From the NCBI GenBank assembly GCA_965602195.1, contig CBFCYF010000002.1, positions 1 through 62,295 on the forward strand: 62,295 nt of DNA, written 5' to 3'. Origin of the DNA: an uncultured archaeon (GTDB lineage: Archaea; Altiarchaeota; Altiarchaeia; IMC4; QMZM01). Positions 47,835 through 58,394 of the stretch are shown here, one piece after another (within the stretch, counting starts at the first letter, position 1; every line of letters starts with the position of its first letter). The notes under the pieces are model-generated. The model did no database searches, was not told the origin of the DNA, and saw nothing but the letters and a program-made list of their open reading frames with translations. The translations under genes were made by a program, and so were the position numbers.

Positions 47835-48170
47835 ATGGACCTGGACCTAGGATCAGAAACACTTATTTTTGCGTTCTTCATCATCCAGAGCCTGTTTTTC
47901 ACCCTATTCCTCCTCTATTTTGTACACTCTATGAGTCGTACTGGGAAAGGAGTTCTGCGGTGCAGGATATTTCGCAATGCAACTCCTGTGGTTAAGGCTT
48001 TCTATCAGCTCTTTATGGGGGCGTCGTTCTCATACATCCTCTTTCTGATCTACTTCATCAACCCTCTGTACATAGAACTCTTTATACTTGGGGAGGTGGT
48101 TCTGGGTCTTTCCCTGATTGGTTTCGCATACCTGACAGTCCCCCTGTTCACCTACAAGAAACCGAAATGA
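47835..48170 (+). CDS. Small membrane protein
   Basis: Three TM helices. Confidence 0.35.
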   Translation: MDLDLGSETLIFAFFIIQSLFFTLFLLYFVHSMSRTGKGVLRCRIFRNATPVVKAFYQLFMGASFSYILFLIYFINPLYIELFILGEVVLGLSLIGFAYLTVPLFTYKKPK

Positions 48171-48188
48171 GGAGATATATTTTTTTCC

Positions 48189-49388
48189 TCACATATACCT
48201 TCCAAGCCTGGTCTGAGAGAACTCAATATATCTTTCGGCGTTGAATCCCGCTAAATTAGGGAGTTTTTCCTTAGGGGTGTAGATCCCGAAGGTAATTTTC
48301 TCCCTCTCCGTTTTCTCTAATGTTCCTGCTAACTCAGAGACCTCATTAATAAGTTTCAGCTCCCCATCCCCCCCCTCCACAAGAATCTTGAACTCCGACA
48401 TCTTGGCTTCCGGTATGTCCAAAAGCAGGTATCCCTCATCTATTGCGTAATCCTGAGCTATCTTATCCTGGATCTTAACTCTCTCCCCCACGAGATCCTC
48501 TCTGAAGCCCTCATCCACCAGACTCAGTCTCTCACTGTAGGCTGTCTTAAATAATCTCCTATTATCTATTCTTTCCATCATATCCCCGGGGTAGCCTCCA
48601 GCATTTCTCAGCTTATACACTAAATCAATGTCGTCCATGCTTATAAATTCCCTATAAGTTAGTTGTTTATCCCTGATTAGTTTATTTAATGCCTCCTTAA
48701 ACATAGCTTCTACGATTCTCTTCGTATGGTGCCTGTAGACGGTCTCATACATCATGTTCCTGCTGATGAGAAGAGACTCCACAGCCTCCAGGCTGCCTCT
48801 CTTTATCACCACATCACCCTTCACCAGCTTTATTCCCTGGATTATCCTGTCCATATCAATAACTCCGTATGCTACTCCTGCGTAGTAGGAATCCCTGATC
48901 AGATAATCCATTTTATCGGCGTCTATCTCTGAGGAGATTATCTTCCCCAGCCTACCTCTTCCGTTGATTAACTCTGATATGGCTCTAGGGTCTATGCCAT
49001 GTTTTTTTAGAATATCTGAGATATTTGTTTCCCTGATGAGGTGGATACTCAGCTCCTCATGAGAGTGGCCCATCTCGATGAGGACATCATCTGATGTGTG
49101 TGAAAACGGGCAATGCCCTATGTCATGGAGTAAACCTGCTACCTCCAACTTTATTCTGTCGTCATCACTTAACTCCAGGTTTTCGGCGATTAATCCCGCT
49201 ATGTACATAACCCCCAGTGAATGCTCGAATCTCGTGGAATTCATTGCGGGATAAACCAGGAAGCACAGACCATTCTGTTTTATGTGCCGCATCCTCTGGA
49301 CTTGCGGGGTATCTAAAAGCTCAAGCTCCACCTCATTTAAGGGGATCGTCCCGTGGATGGGGTCGCGGATATGTTTTATGGGCTTCAT
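48189..49388 (-). CDS. HD-domain phosphohydrolase (dNTP triphosphohydrolase-like)
   Basis: FEHSLGV...AGLLHDIGHCPFSH HD motif. Confidence 0.75.
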   Translation of the reverse strand: MKPIKHIRDPIHGTIPLNEVELELLDTPQVQRMRHIKQNGLCFLVYPAMNSTRFEHSLGVMYIAGLIAENLELSDDDRIKLEVAGLLHDIGHCPFSHTSDDVLIEMGHSHEELSIHLIRETNISDILKKHGIDPRAISELINGRGRLGKIISSEIDADKMDYLIRDSYYAGVAYGVIDMDRIIQGIKLVKGDVVIKRGSLEAVESLLISRNMMYETVYRHHTKRIVEAMFKEALNKLIRDKQLTYREFISMDDIDLVYKLRNAGGYPGDMMERIDNRRLFKTAYSERLSLVDEGFREDLVGERVKIQDKIAQDYAIDEGYLLLDIPEAKMSEFKILVEGGDGELKLINEVSELAGTLEKTEREKITFGIYTPKEKLPNLAGFNAERYIEFSQTRLGRYM

Positions 49389-49544
49389 CTCTGCTAATTA
49401 ATCTGTTAAAATATGGGACTTACAGGGTAATATACCTACGTAAGCACACCAGTATCTTCTATGAACCTAGGATTTATTGTGTTAAACACCGCACACATGA
49501 TGGAGAATAACACTCATTGCTTTGGTGGATGGGAGCTCGTAGTC

Positions 49545-50954
49545 TCACCCAAGATACTCCTCTTCAACTATGATTTCATCAATAATCTTATCCACTTTCC
49601 CCTGTTCATCAGCAACAATTTTCTGTGCAGTTAACATGCCCATCTCCATAGAGTGATCCATGTTGTTGTAGCGGAATAGACCGTTTCTGCCTATGGTTTT
49701 CAGGTTCCTGATTTTGTTCAGGAAGTTTAGCACTCGCTCAAGGTTCTCTTTATAGTTCAGGTCATAGAGCGGGTATGTGTAATCTTCCCGCTCAACAAAC
49801 GCGTCCACCACACTATCTCTGTTGAATAAGCCGATTGCCTCAAAGTCCGATATGCATCTGTCGATCAGTTCCTCATCACTCATACACCATTTTTTATCTT
49901 TATAGTCGCAGGTGAGGTCTATACATAAAAGGGTGTTATCTGGGGGTGTGTTATTTACGCTGAATTTACTTACCTCATTTATTCTGTTGGCGAAAATATC
50001 GCCTTCCGGGAAGTATATCCAGGTGTTGTCACTTATCTCCTTCCTGTTGAGTGCTATGTACACGAAGATGCAGGCCTTAAACCTGAGTTTGGTTGCGCTG
50101 TCTGAGATAATATCCGGTACCGGGGATCTAAGTGACTTAACCAGGTTTGTTATTGGTATAGTGGAGATAAACATTTCGGCGTCTAGCTCATATTCTCTAC
50201 CGTCTCTGGAATAAACTACCTCCTTAACTAGGTTGTCTTTCATGTTGAGGCCGGTGATCTTGCAATTCAACATCACCTCCCCCCCATTTTTCTTTATTTC
50301 CTTCTCCAGTATCCTTGAGATTTCCCCTATCCCTCCGTGTTTGGGGTAACGGAACTCCAGTGCATACGTCCTGGGTCCGTTTTTTGACTTGAGGATGGTG
50401 TTTTTAACGGCGTTCCAGAGACTCACCACGCTTATCCTCTGGGCTGCCCAGTCTGCTGCTATGTTGGAGGGGTGGGTTCCCCATGTCTTTGCGGTATACG
50501 GCCCAAAGTATATGTCATAGAATGTTTTACCGAAACGGTTTTTGATCCAGCTTTCAAAGGAGGTGTCTTTTTTCCGCAGCATCCTGTGGGACACTGTCGC
50601 CTTGATATAATCTACCACTATACTCATGGATGTCTTCAGAGGCATCTTGGTGAGGGTGCTGAATATCTTTGGGGGATATTCAAAGAACCTCCCCTGCATG
50701 TATATGCTGCTCTTCCTTGGCATCACAAGCAGGTTATCCCCCAGTATCTCTTTAATTGCATCAACAAGCTGATTGTTTTTTGTGAAGAACCGGTGGCCTC
50801 CCAGGTCATATGTGTATCCTTTGCGGTTGAAGCTTCTTGCTAAACCCCCAACAGAATCCTCTTTCTCCAGGACTGTTACATCCACCCCGTTCTTTGACAA
50901 AACCCACCCAGCACTTAATCCCGCCACTCCCCCACCCAAGACAACAACTTTCAT
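49545..50954 (-). CDS. FAD-dependent oxidoreductase (amine oxidase/protoporphyrinogen oxidase-like fold)
   Basis: N-terminal Rossmann VVVLGGGVAGLSAG...EKEDSVGG. Confidence 0.6.
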   Translation of the reverse strand: MKVVVLGGGVAGLSAGWVLSKNGVDVTVLEKEDSVGGLARSFNRKGYTYDLGGHRFFTKNNQLVDAIKEILGDNLLVMPRKSSIYMQGRFFEYPPKIFSTLTKMPLKTSMSIVVDYIKATVSHRMLRKKDTSFESWIKNRFGKTFYDIYFGPYTAKTWGTHPSNIAADWAAQRISVVSLWNAVKNTILKSKNGPRTYALEFRYPKHGGIGEISRILEKEIKKNGGEVMLNCKITGLNMKDNLVKEVVYSRDGREYELDAEMFISTIPITNLVKSLRSPVPDIISDSATKLRFKACIFVYIALNRKEISDNTWIYFPEGDIFANRINEVSKFSVNNTPPDNTLLCIDLTCDYKDKKWCMSDEELIDRCISDFEAIGLFNRDSVVDAFVEREDYTYPLYDLNYKENLERVLNFLNKIRNLKTIGRNGLFRYNNMDHSMEMGMLTAQKIVADEQGKVDKIIDEIIVEEEYLG

Positions 50955-50959
50955 CTCTC

Positions 50960-51523
50960 TTATTCGTTCTGATAGCCTTCTTCTTTTTCCCTCATCTTGA
51001 CTATTAAACCTACTTTCCAGTATGTTTGGATATCCACAATCTTAAAGTATTTACTTAGAGTATTAATCCATTCATCCTGTCTCAGGTTTGTTTCATGTGT
51101 TTCTTTCCACATCCCCCCTACTGTTCTCTCCCAGAAAAACCATATTATTCTCCAAAGTAAACTATTGTCCGGTGTTGATATGATGAAGATGCCCTCATCC
51201 CTCAGTACCCTGTGAATATCCCTCAATGCCAGATCTAAATCAGTGATATGCTCAAGAACCTCCATTGCAACAATGATGTCAAAGCTTTTTTCCGCAAAAG
51301 GTATGCTATATATGTCTCCCTGTTTAAAATCAAATCCAGGTGCGCATTCTTTTATGTCCATCCCGGTTCCGTAACCCAAGTATTTTATGAAGGAACCGTC
51401 CTCCATTGAATCACAGGGCTTTCCGCAGCCAATATCCAGGAGATCCCCCCTCGTGTCTCCAATTAATTCCTTCACTCTTCCGTATCTGCCATAATGGTAT
51501 CTCTCCCTTAACCTATCAAGCAT
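50960..51523 (-). CDS. Class I SAM-dependent methyltransferase
   Basis: LDIGCGKPCDS motif I; DIIVAMEVLEH. Confidence 0.7.
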   Translation of the reverse strand: MLDRLRERYHYGRYGRVKELIGDTRGDLLDIGCGKPCDSMEDGSFIKYLGYGTGMDIKECAPGFDFKQGDIYSIPFAEKSFDIIVAMEVLEHITDLDLALRDIHRVLRDEGIFIISTPDNSLLWRIIWFFWERTVGGMWKETHETNLRQDEWINTLSKYFKIVDIQTYWKVGLIVKMREKEEGYQNE

Positions 51524-51537
51524 TTAAAAAAACCTCC

Positions 51538-52434
51538 TCATGGGACATAGTATATCTTAGTATCATAGCTGCCATAAAAACCAATATTTGATTCATTTAT
51601 TACCTTCACGAGATTCCAGTTTGGGGGGGGATTCCAGATAAATTCCGGCAATGTGTTTCTGAGCCTAGGTACCTCAACATACCCTCTGGATGCTCCAACA
51701 ACAACATATGAGTCTTTAATCGCCTTCGGATTTCTAATTTTTGCCACATCCTTCAAGTACTCTGTCCTCTCATATCCAAGAAAAAAATCCAGTTTTCCAA
51801 GGGTGTCTCGATCAGCGTATATATTCTTTTCCTCTTGTTTCTTGAGGTAGTCTGCTGTTAATCTGAAATCAGACATTGCTTCATTCATATACGTAGATAT
51901 TTTTTCTATGTAATAAATTGAGGTGAGCAGCAGGAATAAAACGCTCATGGTTAGTATTATCCTCCTGAATGGTAGTCTATTTTCCAGTAGGAGGAATGAC
52001 ACAATAAGGGATGCAGGAATCGTTATTATAGTCAGAAACCGCCATATTCTCTGAATCAGGGTGTACTCGAATGGATTCATGGTGCCGTATTGCATGTAAA
52101 GGAGCACGGGGATTAACCATACCAACAGGATAAATGCTTTCTTTTTCCATCTGACTATGATGTAGATGCTTGCAGCGACGACAAAGTAGAAGAAATACCC
52201 GAAGAAGTTGAAGTAGTCTGAGTTCTGATTCAAGAGGGTTTTAGGGTAATAGTTCAGGTCTCTGTTAACTCCAGCCAGTGTTGGGATGTAGTGTCCGGTT
52301 TCAGAATGGAGTCTTAGGAGCGGGTTGTTGTTTGTTATCAGATACAAGATGCCCTCTAAACAGAGGATTGTCACAAAACCCAGGGCAACCAAAAGATATG
52401 CTTTTCTTATCTCAAAGACATCTTTAATGTTCAT
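51538..52434 (-). CDS. Polytopic membrane protein
   Basis: About 8 TM helices; overlaps the next gene by 4 nt. Confidence 0.5.
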   Translation of the reverse strand: MNIKDVFEIRKAYLLVALGFVTILCLEGILYLITNNNPLLRLHSETGHYIPTLAGVNRDLNYYPKTLLNQNSDYFNFFGYFFYFVVAASIYIIVRWKKKAFILLVWLIPVLLYMQYGTMNPFEYTLIQRIWRFLTIITIPASLIVSFLLLENRLPFRRIILTMSVLFLLLTSIYYIEKISTYMNEAMSDFRLTADYLKKQEEKNIYADRDTLGKLDFFLGYERTEYLKDVAKIRNPKAIKDSYVVVGASRGYVEVPRLRNTLPEFIWNPPPNWNLVKVINESNIGFYGSYDTKIYYVP

Positions 52435-53618
52435 TTTTCCAGTTCATAGCTCATTTCAACGTATTCATCACTACCTTTAATTATCCTTAATTTCGCATAA
52501 CTGCCTTCTATTGTTCTGACGCAGACAACATTTGAGGGATTAGTTGATGCGTATGATCCCGTATAATCCACGTCGGAGCATTTTATGTCCTTAAAGGAAC
52601 CGTTGACCTCTGCGATTCTATCAACATCCTCGCTTAATGAATGCAGCCTCCTACCTCCATAGAGAGAGTATTCTAGATCCTCCACTATGCCGTTGTATCC
52701 CCTACTCCTCTTGTTAGTGTACAGGTTGCTCTCAATATCCCAGTATATATCCTTATCTAATCTGAAGGAATACAACCTTACAATCCCTGCACCATATAAT
52801 ACTGTGCCGTTATGGGTAATCGCTGGATTCCTGGCTTTCATCTTATCCCCTCCACTCAAGCCAGTTCCAGGAGGTTTTATGAAACTCAGGGTGTATGGAA
52901 AAAGCAGTATACCTAAAAAGACAAACACTATAAAAGAAAATACCAGAAACCTCCATATTTTATTGCTTATCCCATGCAAGGGTTCATCTTCCGGAGTTTC
53001 CTTGCCTGATACAATAAACCTGAAGTTAAATACCCTATCCAGCAAAAAATATGTGGGAAAGAATAACAGGATTAGTAACGCAAGGCCCTTAACCAACCAT
53101 GCTAATCCAATTGAGACTCCGCTGAGGTAGTAGTATATTGAATTACCGTATCTTTCCCCATAAAGGAATAAACAAACCGAGAGGCCCATAAAGAATGCAA
53201 CCGGGATATCAGGAACCAACGTAGTTGAATAAACCACATCAACCGGGAAGAATGACATAAAGAAGGCTGCTAGCAAAGCTACTTTTTCGTTGAATAATGT
53301 CTTTCCGATGTAAAATGCCACCAGGATCCCGCCGAGAGAGCACAGGAGGATGTATAGGGATGCCGAGAAATCACTAACACCGAATATCCAAAAGAAAAAC
53401 GCTATTGGATAATGCATCATGTGTCTAACAGCAAAAATCCATCCATTAAACCTGAATCTTCCCTCCACCACCTCATGGGCGAGGTTTACATAACAAAGAT
53501 CATCATTCAGATTTAAACCAATGAAATAATTGTATCTCAGCAAGACTGCAAAAACCACAATTAATATCAACCAAAACTCGGCTTTCACTTCCCCCAGCTT
53601 TTTCATAAAATTTCTCAT
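52431..53618 (-). CDS. GT-C glycosyltransferase (ArnT/PMT-like)
   Basis: Multi-TM N-terminus with an acidic DD loop motif; C-terminal soluble domain. Confidence 0.45.
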   Translation of the reverse strand: MRNFMKKLGEVKAEFWLILIVVFAVLLRYNYFIGLNLNDDLCYVNLAHEVVEGRFRFNGWIFAVRHMMHYPIAFFFWIFGVSDFSASLYILLCSLGGILVAFYIGKTLFNEKVALLAAFFMSFFPVDVVYSTTLVPDIPVAFFMGLSVCLFLYGERYGNSIYYYLSGVSIGLAWLVKGLALLILLFFPTYFLLDRVFNFRFIVSGKETPEDEPLHGISNKIWRFLVFSFIVFVFLGILLFPYTLSFIKPPGTGLSGGDKMKARNPAITHNGTVLYGAGIVRLYSFRLDKDIYWDIESNLYTNKRSRGYNGIVEDLEYSLYGGRRLHSLSEDVDRIAEVNGSFKDIKCSDVDYTGSYASTNPSNVVCVRTIEGSYAKLRIIKGSDEYVEMSYELEK

Positions 53619-54331
53619 CTCAACAAACCAATCCGTATCTTCAATGCCATTATGAAGAAATTTATTGCCTCAATCCTGGATAATTTAGATGTCCCCAGGT
53701 GTCTATCGTTGAAGACAATAGGGATCACGCCAATATTAAATCCCTCATACGTCGATTTCGCCAGCATCTCCAGCTGAAATCCATAGCCGTCTGACTCAAC
53801 CTTATCGAGATAGATCTTATCTAAAACCTCCCGCGTATACACCCTGTATCCTGATGTAAGATCATCCACATTTACGCCTGCAATATATCTGCCGATAAGG
53901 TTACCGCCCCACGAAATCATTTTCCGATACCAGCTCCAGCCAACAACCTTTCCCCCCTTAATCCTTCTGCTGCCTACAACCACCTCAAATCCCTCACCTA
54001 TCTTCTCTATAAATTCCGGGATATACCTGGGGTCATGACTTAAGTCAGCATCCATCTCAAATATAAGGTCTGCTCCATCCTCCAAGGCCTTCTTAAAGCC
54101 GGCAATATATGCGGAGCCGATGCCCAGCTTCCTCTCTCTCTTGATTAATGTTACTGGATATTCCCTGCCTAGTTCGTCCACCATCTCTGATGTGCCGTCC
54201 GGGGAGTTGTCATCAACCACAATCAAGCTGCCTTCCATCCCGTTGTCCCTAAACACGTTGAAGATTCTGGGAATCAATTTCCCAATATTCTCCCGTTCAT
54301 TATAGGTTGGCAGAACCACTATCGTCTTCAC
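53615..54331 (-). CDS. GT2 dolichol-phosphate sugar synthase (Dpm1-like)
   Basis: VVLPTYNERENI and DADLSHDP. Confidence 0.8.
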   Translation of the reverse strand: MKTIVVLPTYNERENIGKLIPRIFNVFRDNGMEGSLIVVDDNSPDGTSEMVDELGREYPVTLIKRERKLGIGSAYIAGFKKALEDGADLIFEMDADLSHDPRYIPEFIEKIGEGFEVVVGSRRIKGGKVVGWSWYRKMISWGGNLIGRYIAGVNVDDLTSGYRVYTREVLDKIYLDKVESDGYGFQLEMLAKSTYEGFNIGVIPIVFNDRHLGTSKLSRIEAINFFIMALKIRIGLLR

Positions 54332-54990
54332 TTCCTGAACACCTCAACCAGGATCCTCTTCATTATAGTGAATCCGTCATGGAATGTCCTTAGTTTACCC
54401 TCGCCAGAGGCTCTGGCTTTTTCATAACTGGGCACCTCTAAAACCCTGAGTTTGTTTTTTGCGGCCTTTATTGAAATCTCTGTTTCGATGCCGAAACCGT
54501 CAGACTCCAGCCCCAGCTTATCTATGCAATCCCTCCTAAAGGATCTGTAACCGTAACAGAGATCAGAGTAATTCATACCCCAGAATGTATTCACCAGAAA
54601 AACAAAGAACTTGTTCCCCAAGGTTCTTATTAACGTCATATCCTCTGTTCCACCTCCCTGGATGAATCTGGAGCCCATGCAGACATCAAATCCTGACTCA
54701 ATTCCGGTTACTAGGAGGGGGATCTCAGAGGGTACGTGTGAGCAGTCGGCGTCCATTATGATTACTATATCCCCCTTCGCTTCCGCCATCCCCCGCCTTA
54801 ATGCGGAGCCTTTCCCCACGTCATCATAAATAATTCTGACGTGGTATCTCTCTGCTATCTCCACCGTCTTGTCTTTGGAGTGGGCATCCACCACTATGAT
54901 TTCATCAATGTAGTCTGGGAGATCCTTAAGAACCGTGGAAATGTTATCTTCCTCATTTAATGTGGGGATTATCACAGAGATCGTGCTCAT
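54328..54990 (-). CDS. GT2 glycosyltransferase
   Basis: SVIIPTLNEE and DADCSH. Confidence 0.8.
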   Translation of the reverse strand: MSTISVIIPTLNEEDNISTVLKDLPDYIDEIIVVDAHSKDKTVEIAERYHVRIIYDDVGKGSALRRGMAEAKGDIVIIMDADCSHVPSEIPLLVTGIESGFDVCMGSRFIQGGGTEDMTLIRTLGNKFFVFLVNTFWGMNYSDLCYGYRSFRRDCIDKLGLESDGFGIETEISIKAAKNKLRVLEVPSYEKARASGEGKLRTFHDGFTIMKRILVEVFRK

Positions 54991-55823
54991 CTCTTTCGCC
55001 CCCTAAACTGGAAATAAACAAAAACAGATGATAGGATTAGGAGCATCCCCAGCAGAGATAACAATATCAAGTCCATGGAGGATGATTCAGGGAGGGTTTC
55101 ATCCGGGGGAGGTTCATCTGAAATCTTTATCGTTCCCATTGCAATGTGGGAGTAATGCATTTCCCCCTCATCATACTCAGCTGAAGCAAAAACAGCGTAT
55201 GTGCTTCCTGTAAGAGCACCGAAGGAGGCTATACTGAAATCTATTGAGGTATTGCCCTTTCCCTCTATTGTGACCGACTTAACATCCTCCGGTGTTTCCA
55301 CCTCTCTGGGCAGCATCAACCTGACGGTTATGTCATGGCTTTTTTCATCCATGTTTTTGATTTTCAGCGTTACCCGTCCTCTTCCGTTGGGGGTAATTGC
55401 TGTGGAGGAGAGTCTGGGGAAGATATCTGAGACATCCTCTTCTTTAATCACAAGATAGGTGGGGGATATGGAGGAAAACCCATACCCGTTAGCATCCTTA
55501 TAGTCTGTGAGAAGAGCAATGTAGTATCTTCCTGGTTTTACCCCCTCATCTATCGATACGGTGAAATTAATTGATTTGTTTTCATCAGGGCCCAACTCAT
55601 TTATGAAAACAGGATTTGAACTGAATCCTTCAGGGAGAATCAGGGATTGCTGCAGATCATATGCTGTCTCATCCCCTTGATTATAAATGATGACACTTAA
55701 TTTTGTTTCATCCCCTAAAATAGGATTCCCTACACCGACAGTTGAAGATATTGTTATGTAGGTTCCATCCACCAACCCCCCCGCAAACACAAGGATGATC
55801 AGAAAAAACATCAATTTTTTCAT
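54987..55823 (-). CDS. Cell-surface protein with a signal peptide and C-terminal TM anchor
   Basis: Signal peptide MKKLMFFLIILVFAGG; a beta-rich ectodomain; C-terminal LILLSLLGMLLILSSVFVYFQFRGRKR. Confidence 0.55.
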   Translation of the reverse strand: MKKLMFFLIILVFAGGLVDGTYITISSTVGVGNPILGDETKLSVIIYNQGDETAYDLQQSLILPEGFSSNPVFINELGPDENKSINFTVSIDEGVKPGRYYIALLTDYKDANGYGFSSISPTYLVIKEEDVSDIFPRLSSTAITPNGRGRVTLKIKNMDEKSHDITVRLMLPREVETPEDVKSVTIEGKGNTSIDFSIASFGALTGSTYAVFASAEYDEGEMHYSHIAMGTIKISDEPPPDETLPESSSMDLILLSLLGMLLILSSVFVYFQFRGRKR

Positions 55824-55925
55824 TTTTTTAGTATTCTCTTTAACACATTTATTCCCTGAATTATTAATTATAACTACTTACCTCAAATTTATTAATTATA
55901 ACTCATTATCCCAAATAAAGTCAAG

Positions 55926-57494
55926 ATGGTTAAAAAACCTAAAGGAGAGTCTGGATCGGTTCAAGATGCAGGGTATAATGCCGACTACTATGAAACAGAA
56001 GTGGAGTCTTATAATATCTCTGTAGGGAACATAACTCTGCAGGTCATCATCAAGGATGTGGGGGATTACGTGCCTCACTATCAGATCGTACTGCCGGAAA
56101 TAGATCATGTAACCAGCGCCTTGTTAGAGGAAACAAAACACAGTCTTGTGGGTGAGGTTAGGATGCCGGGGGGTCAGAAAGTAAGTGACTCCGAGGAGGC
56201 CACAGAACTCAGGGTGAAGTTCCTGAATAAAGCAAGGGAAAAGTTGAAGAACGTTCTGCGGAAGGCATCTGAGAACGACATCAACATGCTAAGCAGGAAA
56301 TTAGTGAATGATATGGTTGGTTTAGGGGACATCGAATATCTCCTGGAGGATGCCTTTCTGGAAGAAGTTGTGGTTAATAACAGCAGAGATATGGTCTGGA
56401 TTTTCCATAAAAGATACGGGTGGTTGAAGACAAACATAAGCATATCCTCGGAGGATAAGATAATGAACTATTCCTCCAGGGTCGCAAGACAGGTGGGCAG
56501 GGAGATAACCCACCTCGAACCTCTACTTGATGCTCATCTAACTACTGGAGACCGGGTGAATGCCACTCTATTCCCCATATCCACAGGGGGTAATACTCTC
56601 ACTATAAGACGATTCTCCAGGACTCCCTGGACTATAGTACATATGCTCCGTCCTGACTTCGGCACAATAAGTTTTGAAGCTGCTGCTTTCCTATGGCTCG
56701 CAGCAGAATATGAGCTGAGCATGCTAGTCACAGGAGGAACTGCATCAGGAAAGACATCTATGCTTAACGCAATGATGCCTTTTATGCCCGCAAATCAGAG
56801 AATAATATCGATTGAGGATACCCGGGAGTTGAATCTCCCAAACTTTCTTCACTGGATACCTCTGTCAACAAGAGCAGCAAACCCCCGGGGGGAAGGTGAG
56901 GTGTCAATGCTCGACTTGGTTGAGAACGCCCTCAGGATGAGACCCGACAGGATTATTGTAGGGGAAGTCAGAAGAAAGAGAGAAACGGAGGTAATGTTTG
57001 AGGCAATGCATACCGGCCACTCCGTTTACGGAACATTCCACGCTAATAGAGCCTATGAGGTTATAGAGAGGATCACGAGCCCGCCCATGAATATTCCCCC
57101 CGTGGTTACGGGTTCACTACAACTGATTGTTAGTCAGCATATAAACCGGAGGACTAAACAGAGAAGAACCTTCGAGATCGTGGAGTTGGTAAGGAAAGAG
57201 GGGGGCGGTATGCCAGAACTAAACACGGTGTATCAATGGAACTCCAAAACAGACGAGGTAGAGCCAGTAAACCCAAGTAAAAGACTCAACGAGGAATTAC
57301 GGTTGTTTACGGACATGAGCGATAGGGATATAGAAGAGGATCTGCAAGGAAAGCAGAGGATTCTGAAATGGCTCTTGGAGAGAGATATTACCGACGTTAA
57401 TGATGTAGGGAAGATAATCACCGAATACTATATCGACAAAAGCACAGTACTTGACCTTGTGGAGAGCGATAAAGATTTAGGTCTTGAGGTCTAA
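55926..57494 (+). CDS. Type IV pilus/archaellum-type secretion ATPase (FlaI/TadA-like)
   Basis: Walker A TGGTASGKTS; Walker B RIIVGEVR; His box. Confidence 0.85.
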   Translation: MVKKPKGESGSVQDAGYNADYYETEVESYNISVGNITLQVIIKDVGDYVPHYQIVLPEIDHVTSALLEETKHSLVGEVRMPGGQKVSDSEEATELRVKFLNKAREKLKNVLRKASENDINMLSRKLVNDMVGLGDIEYLLEDAFLEEVVVNNSRDMVWIFHKRYGWLKTNISISSEDKIMNYSSRVARQVGREITHLEPLLDAHLTTGDRVNATLFPISTGGNTLTIRRFSRTPWTIVHMLRPDFGTISFEAAAFLWLAAEYELSMLVTGGTASGKTSMLNAMMPFMPANQRIISIEDTRELNLPNFLHWIPLSTRAANPRGEGEVSMLDLVENALRMRPDRIIVGEVRRKRETEVMFEAMHTGHSVYGTFHANRAYEVIERITSPPMNIPPVVTGSLQLIVSQHINRRTKQRRTFEIVELVRKEGGGMPELNTVYQWNSKTDEVEPVNPSKRLNEELRLFTDMSDRDIEEDLQGKQRILKWLLERDITDVNDVGKIITEYYIDKSTVLDLVESDKDLGLEV

Positions 57495-58389
57495 ATTAAA
57501 TCAGATCGCTATATATATAAAAATGGAATCACCTTTTAATTCAGAAGAATTTCAAAAATCTGCAGCAGCCTTTAAACCCAGCGCAAAGCATATAGCGCTG
57601 GTTTTCCCGGAGCTGGAATGGGATCTGAGGAGATCTGAGTACAATATACATGCGGTTCCTTATCTGTCTATGGCTCTCCTCATATCATTCCTTGTTTTTG
57701 TTTTCTCTTTTGTGTTGCTAACAATGCCTTTACTGGCAACAAAAAGCCAAGCCGACACCTATCTGGTTGGTTCCATACCCTTTGCCCTGTCTATCTCTGC
57801 CTTCGTTTACCTCCTGTTACTACCTAAACTGAAGCTGATGAGAAGAGGTAGAGCTGTTGAGAGGGATCTTGAATTTATGCTTAAGGACATGCAGGTGCAA
57901 TTAACTGCCGGTGTCCCCTTATTTAATTGCCTTGCCAACATAGCGAATGGAGGTTATGGCGAATGCTCTGCTATAATAACAGAAATAGTTGGGGAGATTC
58001 AATCAGGAGCCTCCATGGCGGATGTTCTGAACGAGTACGGAATGTCCTCTCCCTCAGAGCATTTCAGAAGGGCTTTATGGCAAATATCTAACGCCATGAG
58101 AGTCGGCTCAGATATAAAAACGGCTATAGGGGCTATATCCAATGATATCCGTGAGGAGAAAGAAAACCAGATAAAAAGCTATGGGAAAGAACTCAGCCTG
58201 TGGGGTCTGGTTTATATGATGCTGACTATTGTTGCACCATCCATGGGGGTAACTCTACTGCTGATACTATCAAGTTTTTTAGGATCATCCTCCATTAATG
58301 AATTAACATTTTGGGGTGTTCTTGCCGGGATAATAGTCTTTCAGTTGCTGTTCATAACCATCATAAAAAGTAAAAGACCGTTTGTCTAA
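57484..58389 (+). CDS. TadB/FlaJ-like membrane protein (T2SS F domain)
   Basis: T2SSF-like helical domain between TM segments; the start is probably the internal MESP at 57523. Confidence 0.65.
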   Translation: MRSKLNQIAIYIKMESPFNSEEFQKSAAAFKPSAKHIALVFPELEWDLRRSEYNIHAVPYLSMALLISFLVFVFSFVLLTMPLLATKSQADTYLVGSIPFALSISAFVYLLLLPKLKLMRRGRAVERDLEFMLKDMQVQLTAGVPLFNCLANIANGGYGECSAIITEIVGEIQSGASMADVLNEYGMSSPSEHFRRALWQISNAMRVGSDIKTAIGAISNDIREEKENQIKSYGKELSLWGLVYMMLTIVAPSMGVTLLLILSSFLGSSSINELTFWGVLAGIIVFQLLFITIIKSKRPFV

Positions 58390-58394
58390 AAAAA

